Below are positions 1-10,209 of a stretch of DNA of 64,000 bases, piece after piece. The notes beneath the pieces are model-generated. The model did not search any database, was not told the DNA's origin, and saw only the letters and a list, made by a program, of their open reading frames with translations. Position 1 is the first letter of the stretch. Each line of letters begins with the position of its first letter. The stretch comes from Paraspadella gotoi (lineage: Eukaryota > Animalia > Chaetognatha). The stretch is from the NCBI GenBank assembly GCA_051294375.1, contig CM119269.1:22865808-22929807 (forward strand), written 5' to 3'. The position numbers were made by a program, and so were the translations under genes.

Positions 1-282
1 AAGAGGGAGAGGGAGTGGGAGACGAAGAGAGGGATGGGAGAGAGAGGGAGAGAGAAAGAGGGGAAAAGAGAGGGAGAGAGAGTGGGAGACGAAGAGAGGA
101 ATGGAAGAGAGAGGGAGAGAGAAAGAGGGAAAAAGAGGGAGAGAGAGTGGGAGACGAAGAGAGGAATGGGAGAGAGAGGGAGAGACTAAGAGGGAAAAAG
201 AGGGAGAGAGAGTGGGAGACGAAGGGAGGATATGTGAGAGAGAGGGAGAGAGAAAGAGAGGGATGGGAGAGAGAGGGAGAAG
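1..282. repeat. Purine-rich minisatellite, ~60-65 bp unit containing GAGAGTGGGAGACGAAG, about 4 copies
   Basis: GAGTGGGAGACGAAG recurs near 13, 80, 145 and 210 in a GA-rich background. Confidence 0.8.
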
Positions 283-663
283 AATTTCAAGTTGCTGTGG
301 AAAAGTTTTGAAAAGAAAACAATGTTGAAGAAGGAAAATAATATTTAACAATACCCAGGTGTTTAGAAGCAAGGCCAATATTTTTTTTGACTTGGCCAAT
401 ATTTGCATTTTTTTTTATCGCAAATCGTATAATTACAATATTTTGTTAAAGTGATTATTAAATTTTGACTGAAGAGTAGAAGGAAACTTTCAAAATTTAA
501 TTAAATCTTTCTTTCCCTCCCCCTTTCCTCTCTCTCTCCCTCTCTGTCTCTCTCTCTTCCTCTATGTCGCTCTCTGTCTCTCTCTGTCTCTCTCTCTCTC
601 TCTCTGTCTCTCACTCTATGTCTCTCGCTCTCTGTCTCTCGCTCTCTGTCTCTCTCACTCCAG

Positions 664-710
664 AATCCTCACCTTAATCATCGGCGAAGCGGATTTCAAT
701 TTTAATTCGG
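664..710 (+). CDS. Candidate internal coding exon (47 nt), ILTLIIGEADFNFNS
   Basis: Long CT tract ending in CAG (661-663), non-repetitive core with only one open frame, and consensus donor GTAAGT at 711. No homology recognised. Confidence 0.45.
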
Positions 711-719
711 GTAAGTTTT

Positions 720-784
<65 letters not shown>

Positions 785-1282
785 CAGTGTTTGTTTTACA
801 GGTTTGTTTAGTTGCCTTCGCTAGAAGCTTTTGTTTCGCTGGAATGAGTTGCCTCGTTTTTTTTTAACGAGTGTTTCTTTATGGTTTTTTTCCCTGTTTT
901 TTTGTTTTGTTTCGTTTTTTTTTCGTTTTATTTAATGTTTCATAGAGACAAATAACTTTTTTTTCAACATTTTTTAACATAGACATAATTAAAAATTAAT
1001 TAATCTTATAAGAATACTAATATAAATCATTGACGTAACATAATTTATTTATTTATTTAAAATTGAAAAAAAAACATTACGGGAAAAAGTGATAATTCAC
1101 TAGTGATTCTATGGAAAAACGTGAGCAACGATAGACTCTTGAAATTGTGAATAAAGAAAAAAAAAGAAAAAAGAAAAAAGTGAAGATTTTTTGAATTGAA
1201 GATGATTTAAGTTTTTATTAATTTTATTCAAATTCTGTTCTCATCGCGAATACGAAAAGAAGTGGCTCATCTTGTCAAGAGG

Positions 1283-1338
<56 letters not shown>

Positions 1339-1461
1339 GAAGAGAGAGAGAGGAATTTTGTCGTTTTTTCCCGCGGAGCGAGAATTCTCTGGCGACGTAA
1401 AAAGTTATCCTTGACAAATTGGAAGAGAGAGAGAAGAGATAGAGAGAAAGAGAGAGAGAGA

Positions 1462-1502
<41 letters not shown>

Positions 1503-1619
1503 GATAGTTTAAGGAAAGAAAAACGATAGAACTGAGAAAGGAAAGAGTGAGACAGAGAGAGAGACATAGGCCTCTCTCACCTCCCCTCGCTTCTCACTAA
1601 ACTCCGCCCAGCAGCGATA

Positions 1620-2165
1620 AAGTCAAACGAACTCGGTGGCGGCGGAAGCGAAAATCAGAAGCGGAAAAGGAAGCAGAAGCGGAAAAGGGAAGCGGTAAAA
1701 AGCAGAAGGGTAAACAATGGATGAAGTCGCTCAATGGTATAATAAGTAGTCGAGCATCGCAATATGTTCACCATACTTATAAACATGAAACCTTCCGTCG
1801 TGACCCAGTGGCTCATTGAGTAATATCGTCAGCTCATGACGATTAGGTACCAGGATCTATCCCTAATAGTACCTACCCTGCGGCAAGCGTGAGAATGGCC
1901 TTAATCCATTTTGGTTGTGAGGCAAACCCTTAAGTCCGGTTCTAAGCCCTGGACTTGTTCCACGTCTGCTGAGGGGGCACACAAGTAAGTCTTCGGCCCA
2001 CTTATCGCCTTATCCACTAATAAACCAAATGGATCTGATTACTAACAAAGGATGTATCGCTTCTGCCACATCACTGGAAATACAATCAGCAGCGACGGTA
2101 GCTGAAGCGGAAATCGCTTCCGCTTGATCGGCGGCGTCAGCGGAAGCGGGGCCGTTTTTAACTCG
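1620..2165. mobile_element. GAAGCGG/CCGCTTC-motif repeat (MITE-like), apparently interrupted by the F2 element
   Basis: Clustered GAAGCG(G) at about 1640-1710 and in both orientations at 2057-2150; same motif in reverse at 19960-20085. TIR and TSD not resolved. Confidence 0.4.
1802..2013 (+). mobile_element. F2 element copy 1: probable tRNA-derived SINE with structured body
   Basis: Head has A-box-like AGTGGCTCATTG, hairpin ATCGTCA/TGACGAT, AGGTAC and B-box-like GGATCTATCCC in tRNA order. Body aligns by eye with 20578-20760, mostly by substitutions. Confidence 0.6.
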
Positions 2166-2328
2166 ACAGATGCAACTCGTTTCGTCGCTGTTTTTGTTTT
2201 TTGTTTTTTGTTTCTTTTTTTAAATTTCTCTCTCTCGCCGGGCCTTCTTTTCCCCCTCTCAACGTCCCCCTCCTCCTCCTCCTCCTCCTCCTCCTCCTCC
2301 TCTCATCGTCTCCTCCTCCTCATCCCAG

Positions 2329-2381
2329 AGGAGTGCATCGGGCCCCAGTTTTCTACTCACATTCGGCGCAAGGGCGACTGA
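2329..2381 (+). CDS. Candidate terminal coding exon, (E)ECIGPQFSTHIRRKGD-stop
   Basis: (CCT)n tract then CAG (AG at 2327-2328). Phase fits the 664-710 exon (G+AG = Glu) and reads to TGA at 2379-2381. Confidence 0.3.
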
Positions 2382-2859
2382 GGACCGCGCGACTTACCTC
2401 TCCCCTCTCCCTCCCACCTATAATTGTAGATAAACAGCTATGTATATAATGTAATATATATATATATAGATAAACAAATCGATTTATATCAACAAAATAA
2501 TAAAATACGTAATACAATCTACTAATTACTATCCTTTAACCTCACCATCAGTGATGGCATCACGTCCCCCCTCTCTCTCTCTCTCTCTCTCCCCCTCTCT
2601 CTCTCCCTCTCTCTCTCTCTCACCCTCTCTCTCTCTCCCCCTCTCTCTCTCTCTACCTCTCTCTCTCCTCTTTTCTTCCACTCGTTTGGAGGCGAAACCA
2701 AAAACATTTACGAGAAAAAGAAAGAATCTTCTTTCTTTTTTTGGCGCCGATTTGGAGGGACTTGCTCTTATGTTTGTAGATGTCTCTGTCTCTCTGTCTC
2801 TATCTCTCTCTCTCTCTTTCCCTCCCTCTCCCCTCTCTCTCTTTCCCCTCTCTCTCCCC

Positions 2860-3247
2860 CTTTCTCTCTCTGTTTCTCTCTGTCTCCCTCTGTCTCCCCC
2901 TCTCCCTCTCACTCTGTCTCTCTCCTCCCCTCATCCCAACTCCGCTGGCCTTGAGTTGGAAGGTTCATTCTCTTCTTACGTCATCAACGTCCGAACTTTT
3001 TATTCTCTTCATTCTTCCATTTACTTATCTTTTTACCTATCTTTTCTTTTCTTTTCTTTATATTTTAATTTATATTTCTTCATTCTTTCTTTTTTTTTTT
3101 GCTTCGTTCTTCCTACGTCTCACTTTTATTCAGTTCTTCTGTCTGTCTCTCGGCCTCTCTTTCTGTCAGTTTCTCACCCTTTGTGTATGATTCTTTTGTC
3201 TCATTGTCTATCTGTTTCTCTCAGTAACTCTCTTTGTCTTTCTGTCT
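2860..3247. repeat. Direct duplicate of about 4845-5241 (gap-flanking assembly duplication)
   Basis: Same sequence (CCCCTCATCCCAACTCCGCTGGCCTTGA...GTAACTCTCTTTGTCTTTCTGTCT); the second copy has scattered indels; the first ends at a 25-N gap. Confidence 0.85.
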
Positions 3248-5346
3248 NNNNNNNNNNNNNNNNNNNNNNNNNAACAGAGAGAGATTTGGCTTGTTTTTTA
3301 CTTAAGCTTAAATAATAACAGTTTTTATGGAATAACTGAAGAAAAATTTAATAATAATCAGAAATGGTAATTCAGGATTGTATACCCCTTTTTCAAAATT
3401 ACAAAAGAAAATAAAAAATTCAACCCTATGAATGCTTCATTGAGAATTCTAAGCAAGAATACTGTTATATAGCGTGAGGTCTGGATTTATTAAACAAAAG
3501 CTGTGCTAAAGATTTATGGATTTAATTAATAAAACTTTTTTAGAAAGGTGTCCGCATGATTAGGGCTTTAATTTGAACCAACACCCATCTTGCTAGCTCT
3601 TTCTTTCCAAAAGTTATTTAAAAAATAACTTTTCAATTACTTGCAGGCCAGACAGTACAGAACTTTGTAAATAAAAAATTATTGGCAAAGCGGGAGTAAC
3701 TCACTTATTTTGCTATGATAGCAATACTAAAATTATTAAAATAAGAGAGACTTGAAGAAAAATGTTTTTTGTCACTTTGTTTTACGATTGGTGTGCGTGT
3801 GTGAGTTATGAGAGGCACTGCACTTTCAGATGTACCACATCGTATAATAAGATTGAGATAGAGTTTGATTCCCCATCACACATATATATCTGCATCAACT
3901 GTAGCTATATGGACAGTTCAATTTTTTCTCCAAATTGTTGGAAAACAAATTTCCTCCGCACCTAGTGGCTCATTGAGAATTAATAGGTTTTGCATAGAAA
4001 ATTAAAAGTATCAAAAAAAATAAAAAAATCAGCCCTAGAAAAATCGAAGGCTTCACGAAGCGACTCTTTCTTTGATAAGAGAAAAATTTTATTATCCCTA
4101 ATCGAGAGATCCATACTATCTCACCACCGTATTCGAAAATATTTTTTTACCAAAAATCATTCAATCAATTCTTTTTTTAAAATTAATTTAAAAGGTTTTT
4201 ATGATGTTGGTTTTTACGTTTGAAAGAATATGAAAGCGAATCAAAAGTGAAAATATAGTAATTATATAAGGTTTATTGGAAAATACCTTTAAAATATTAG
4301 ATAATTAGACACCACCAGGGGATAGCAGAGAAAAACTTCCCGATGTCATAAAAAAAAATGAAAGAATTTGTCAATATTGTTATTTAGATATTGACTAATT
4401 ACATAACATATGGATTCATCTAAATATGAGGAAAGATGGTTAAAAAATATTCATCTTGGTGCTCGGTTCACTATGTAAGGGTTATTGGGTTAAAGTTTTG
4501 TTTAATAATATTAATATTTATTTTGCATTTAATAAAAGCAAATGGTCTAAATTTGTGTAAGCGTTTCGAAAACTATATTCTTCAATTTTTTCACTAATTT
4601 GAGTCTAAAGTTAAGGCTTTTTTGTTGATGGTCAAGTTATGGTCAGACACAGTAATGTCCAGTAGTGTATATCGCACATATTACCAAAAGTAATAATCAA
4701 TTAAATTTGGCTCAGAAACAATTTTAAAGGACCAGGAGAATCAGCCAGGCACTGAGACAGTAACGCCACGATTATTTTTCATTGTGTCGACTATCTCTCT
4801 CGTCTCCTTCTTCCCTCCCTCCTCTCTCTTCTCCTCTCTCTCCACCTTTCTCTCTCTGTTTCTCTCTCTGTCTCCCTCTGTCTCCCCCTCTCCCTCTCAC
4901 TCTGTCTCTCTCCTCCCCTCATCCCAACTCCGCTGGCCTTGATTGGAAGGTTCCATATCTCTTCTTACGTCTATCACGGTCCGTAACTTTTTATTGCTCT
5001 TCAGTCTCATGTTACTTATCTTTTTACCTATCTTTCTTTTCTTTCTTTATATTTTAATTTATATTTCTTCAATTCTTTCTTTTTTTTTGCGCTTCGTTCT
5101 TCCTACGTCTCACTTTTTATTCAGTTCTTCTGTCTGTTCTCTCGGCCTCTCTTTCTGTCAGTTTCTTCACCCTTTGGTGTAGTGATTCTTTTGTCTCATT
5201 GTCTATCTGTTTCTCTCAGTAACTCTCTTTGTCTTTCTGTCTGTCCCTCTGTCTGTTTTCTTTTGTCTATTCGTCTATTTTGTCTCTTTCTCTTCTCTTT
5301 GTCTACATGACAAGACTCTTTCTGTTTTGCTCAGGGACGCTGTTTA

Positions 5347-5640
5347 GCAACCAAGGCTTCGCACAGAAAATTAGCATCGGAGGTTTTTAGTTCCGCCGCG
5401 AGTACTCGCGGCGCAACTGTATAAGTCANNNNNNNNNNGCAACCAAGGCTTCGCGCAGAAAATTAGCATCGGAGGTTTTTAGTTCCGCCGCGAGTTCTCG
5501 CGGCGCAACTGTATAAGTCCGTCTGTTCCACTTACGTTAAAGATGTTCATAACTCGCCTATACTATACTCAATTACTCATTTGTTAAGACAGAAAAAATC
5601 CTCAAATCTAGGCGACTGCTAGCGCCGCCTTTGGTTTTTT
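5347..5640 (+). mobile_element. Helentron/DINE-1-like non-autonomous element; first ~80 bp duplicated across a 10-N gap
   Basis: TTTTT-AGTTCCGCCGCGAG/CTCGCGGCGCAACT hairpin followed by GTATAAG and GTCCGTCTG. AACCAAGGC and GCCTTTGGTT form an imperfect inverted pair. Related ends at 19568 and 24128. Confidence 0.5.
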
Positions 5641-6361
5641 AAAGAAATCTCAGATAAACTAAAAATAAAAGACGTTATTCCAATGCAGTACGTGTTGAAA
5701 ATACAGAAGATAACAGAGTCACTGCGACGCAACACAAGAGTTGAATTTCTTTTAAAAGTGTATCTGTCTGTCTGTCCATCCGTCTGTCTGTCGCTCTATA
5801 CCTCTCTCTCTTTCTCTCTCTCTCACTCTTTCTCTCTTTCTCTATTCTCTCTCTCTCTCTATCTCTTTCTCTATTCTCTCTGGCCTCAGGCAGAAAAACT
5901 TGCTTCATTCGTTCGGAAAATTATTTTTTCAATTTTTTTTTTATTTTTTTGCGACGAATCACTGAACAACTAAGCAGCTTGTGGTCACACTTTGTGTGCG
6001 TGTGAGAGAGAGAGGGAGAGTGAGAGAGGGAGAGGGAGAGAAAGACAAAAAGAGAATGAAATTCTGAAACTTTAATATGGAATCTCGTGTTTTATTTGTT
6101 TGAGAGCAGATCTTTTTCCACGTCATTCATTTTAAAATAGAAAAGAGTATTATTTAACAAACTAAAATTCATATTTTGCTAATCAATATTGACAATAGTT
6201 AACGATAATACACAAATATTGACAGTAGTTAGATAAGTTTAAAAATGACTTTCTGTTCTAACATGATAATTTTCGAAGAAAAAGATTTTTTTTTAAATTT
6301 GGAAAAAAACTCGCTAAAATTTTAGATGGAAGCGATTTTATTATTTAGAGAGCATACTGTC

Positions 6362-6645
6362 TTTTATCTTCTCTTCTCTTCTCTTTTCTTCTATTTTCTT
6401 TTTTCTTATCTTCTCTTCTCTTTTCTTCTCTTTTCTTTTTTCTTCTCTTCTCTTCTCTTTTCTTCTATTTTCTTTTTTCTTCTCTTCTCTTCTCTTTTCT
6501 TCTCTTTTCTTTTTTCTTCTCTTCTCTTCTCTTTTCTTCTATTTTCTTTTTTCTTCTCTTCTCTTCTCTTCTCTTCTCTTCTCTTCTCTTCTCTTCTCTT
6601 CTCTTTTCTTCTCTTCTCTTTCCTTCTCTTTGCATTCTTTCTCTT
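6362..6645. repeat. (TCTTC/TTTTC)n pentamer microsatellite
   Basis: Directly visible. Confidence 0.95.
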
Positions 6646-6734
6646 CCCCTTAACTCTACTCTGCCTCCCTTATTCTGATTCACCTTCATTCCGGTTTATT
6701 TCCTCTCTCTCTGAGGCATATGGTTGACTTTCCC

Positions 6735-6840
6735 TCCACTATCTCGACGCTGATTGGTCCATCCGCGACTCAGCCGCGGGACTTACCTCGGCGCGAGTAA
6801 GTCCGCTCCCTGATTCGCCTCGTCTTTGCCGCGAAGGAAG
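6735..6840. promoter_or_regulatory. CpG-rich island with reverse CCAAT box and splice-donor-containing hairpin
   Basis: CTGATTGG at about 6750, dense CGCG, and GGACTTAC/GTAAGTCC inverted repeat at 6779-6804. Confidence 0.3.
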
Positions 6841-8374
6841 AGGATTCTCTTCCTTCTCTTTCTCTCTCTCTCTCTTTCGCTCACTCTTTCGCGGGTCCTT
6901 ACTCTCGAATTTCGGAGAGAAATTTATCATTTCTCATGAAAAATCAGTCAATGTCAATAGGTAAAGTATATAAAGCATAGAAATAAAAATAAAAATAAAA
7001 TGGCATAATTTTACTGTTACCGAGCGGAGTAGTTAGATATTAGAAGGGTTTATATGGTTAAGGGTAATTTGGTAATGAATTTTAAAAAAATGTTTAAATA
7101 AATATTTTAAGTAGTTTTTCAAAAAAACGCCAAAACCCCGGTTGGCGAAAGTAAAATTTTAACAATAAAATTATCGAATTTTTTTTTCATAACTTTTAAT
7201 TTTGTATTATTACTTTACTTTGCTTTCGTCATCGTCAGTCTGGTTCAAGTTTAACTTTGTCTTTTGTCTGGGAATGCTGACAGGTGTTAGAGAGGTCGCG
7301 TTCGTAATCACACTTGCTCGCTTATGCGGGCTAAAAGTAAAACAAATGTTCCTTCAAATATATGTCTCTCCAGATTACCACTTGCTACAGTTATACAATA
7401 AATATAAACTCGAAAATAAGTTACGTATTTACTGTTAGAGATCATATAATAGTTTTTCAGAAAAAACCGATTTTCCCCCGTGAATCTACTGATTTAAGCT
7501 AAATTAAATGAACTTTCTTCCGCGAAACGGGGAATCTAGACGAAGGCTGAACAAATCTTTTCTAAAATAAATTCCGATGCAACGACCGTTTGGACTAACT
7601 TTCGACGCTTAAAGCCGGCTCTAAATTCCGATGCATGCATCGATCGTTCAGTCTATCTAGCACGTCATTCTGCTTAAAATTATGATGGATGCATCGGCGC
7701 AAGAAAATTGAATAAGATAAACAACTCACGAATTCCGATGCATCGACGATAGCATTTAAAAGTTTCGCTCAACAATACCGTTTAAATTGAAATTATCATA
7801 TTGTGGTGTGGGAAGCATAGTTTTACTATATATGCTTTATTCTTTTTTCACTATAAAAAAAATTAGCTATAAGAAGTGCATGGCCACGTTATAGAAAGAA
7901 ATTTCTGCAGGTATCTCAACTTAAAATATTCATCTTTCTCATGAATATTTTTTCAAGGTTTTTATTTTAGAGTGTGATTATTGTAACATTTTTTTGCGTG
8001 TTATTTTGCTTGGTTTTCGTCGGCTTACACACTTTGATAAATGACATTAGCTAGGAATTTAAAGAAATAAAATAAGAAGACGTGTTAACGAATTTATTTA
8101 CAAGCGCACATGTAAAAACGACATAGTACAAAAAGAGAAACAGACCGATAGTAAATTAAACCATACAGAGTTAAAACGAAATCTAGTGGTCAGTTCACTA
8201 TTTGACCTTAAGTCGTAGGTCACGATTTAGGTAAGTTTAAGTAGTCATTAAGGTTGTTGTTGTGTTTGTTGCGTCGTTGTTGAAAATAATAAAAAATAGA
8301 AAAAGCAAAACTTAAGAAGAGAGAGAAAAAGTTCAGAGCGGTATTGTTCGCGCGCATCTTTGCGGCACCCTTAG

Positions 8375-8479
8375 ACCCGCGACGATCGCCCCGTCGGTAG
8401 AGGAAAGGAAGAGGATCTCGCGTACATTTTACGAGAGTCTACACGCAACGCGGATGACTCGCAGACCTTCGACCCGGCG
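8375..8479 (+). CDS. Candidate internal coding exon (105 nt, phase 0/0), TRDDRPVGRGKEEDLAYILRESTRNADDSQTFDPA
   Basis: TAG acceptor at 8372-8374, GTAAGA donor at 8480, open frame, length divisible by 3, complex GC-richer sequence. Polypyrimidine tract is weak; no family recognised. Confidence 0.45.
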
Positions 8480-8864
8480 GTAAGAGAGAGTAGGAGCGGA
8501 AAGAGAGGAGGTTGTCGTCCGCGCTTCGGTCGATTGTCCCGACCAACCGCCAATGCCTCCTCTGCTGCTCTCTCTCTGCTCTCGTCTCATCTTCTCTCTC
8601 TCTCTCTCTCTTCTTTTTCTCTCTCTCTCGTCGTTTCTCTCTCTCATGCACGTCTTCTTTCTCTGCTCGTCTCTTTCTTCCTCTCTCTCATCTCTCTGGT
8701 CTCTGCTCTCGTCTCGTGGTCTCTGCTCCTACTTCTCTCTTCTCTCTCTTCCGGATCCATCTCATCTCTCTTTTCTAATTTTCTGGTCTCTAAACTTAAA
8801 TTATTGAAGATATTTCTTTCTCGGGAATTTGATCCGACGACCGTCACGAACAAAATCCTCTCTC

Positions 8865-8898
<34 letters not shown>

Positions 8899-9139
8899 CT
8901 TCTGCCCTCTTCCTCCTCGTCTCTTCTCTCTCTTCTTTCTCCCTCCTCCTTTTCGCATGTCTCTGGCAAGGTGTTCCACAAATAAAGTTCAACTTATGTC
9001 TGAAAGCAAAGCACACAAGTCGAAACCCCCCGTGGAGAAAACGCTGTCTCTCCATCATCGAGNNNNNNNNNNNNNNNNNNNNNNNNNNNNNNNNNNNNNN
9101 NNNNNNNNNNNNNNNNNNNNNNNNNNNNNNNNNNNNNNN

Positions 9140-9174
<35 letters not shown>

Positions 9175-9480
9175 TCCATCAAACAGGAAACGTGAGCTTC
9201 TCCGTTTGTTTGATGAGGATAAACAACAATTTCTTTCTTTCTTTCTTTTTTTCTTCTCCTTTCTTTTTTTTATTTTTTTTATTTTTTCTCACATCTAAAC
9301 TCCATCACTATGGACTACACCAACTCCATCAACATAATCTTATGTAAAACGCATCTTTCTGCATCATCTATATCTATCTGTTAAGGTTAAACATTTCATT
9401 TTATAATACTCTTTAAATTCACCTCAGCAACATTTTTTCTAATAACATATTTAAACAAATCTTTAGCGGTCATTTCTTTA

Positions 9481-9580
9481 TTTATTCATTTAGTCAATAA
9501 ATAAGCTATCTTGCCCCTGACTTTGGACAGGCTTTGGTGGTTTAAGGCCTCCATCACTCTTACAAGATAATGACATAGCA
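9481..9580 (-). mobile_element. F1 element, 5'-truncated copy
   Basis: AATAAATAAGCTATCTTGCCCCTGACTTTGGACAGG...GATAATGACATAGCA is identical to the matching part of 19660-19873; similarity stops abruptly at 9580. Confidence 0.9.
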
Positions 9581-9890
9581 AGAATCGTGTTTCATTGAGT
9601 AAATTATAAAGTCATCAGATCAGCGACAATAAACTTACTAGCAAAAGATTACTAGTTAATAATAAGGCTAAAATAAAAGTTCGGGAATTAAATAAAAAAA
9701 AACTTTCTACTTTGTAAAAGGGATTCAGGAAAAAAGGAAGTGAGCCGCTTTCGGATAATAGAGCCGCATCTTGTTTCTTTGTTTTGTTTTGTTTTTTTTT
9801 TGCAGAAAATTATTTTCACCTCGAAAAAAATTTTTCGCTTTTTTTCATTCACCTCATTTATTCTCTCCTTTGGTGGTCGTCTGCGTTATC

Positions 9891-9891
9891 G

Positions 9892-9967
<76 letters not shown>
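9891..9967. repeat. (CAT)n microsatellite
   Basis: Perfect trinucleotide run. Confidence 0.97.
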
Positions 9968-9969
<2 letters not shown>

Positions 9970-10209
9970 CAAATTTTCCACGGGAGTCGCTCTATTGGCT
10001 CAACATTTCCCCCCCCCTTGCTCCTTTTTTCTTTCCTCTTTCCTCTACTTTGCACAACCAACTCACCTCACCCTCTAAATATCTTCCCATTTAACTTACT
10101 CGTCCTTCCTTCATTCTCTCCTTACCTTTTCACCTTCATCTCTCTTCCCCCATTTTTTGGTTCAAACTAATTAGTGACGAGAAAACCAAAGAAAATTTGC
10201 TTATCGCTA

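Noticed and set aside
3300-4740. Decayed transposase (e.g. ERICQYC fragment near 4360); also ORF 56774..57181
   Set aside because: No catalytic motif or sustained frame recognisable by eye; would need a tBLASTn/HMM search.
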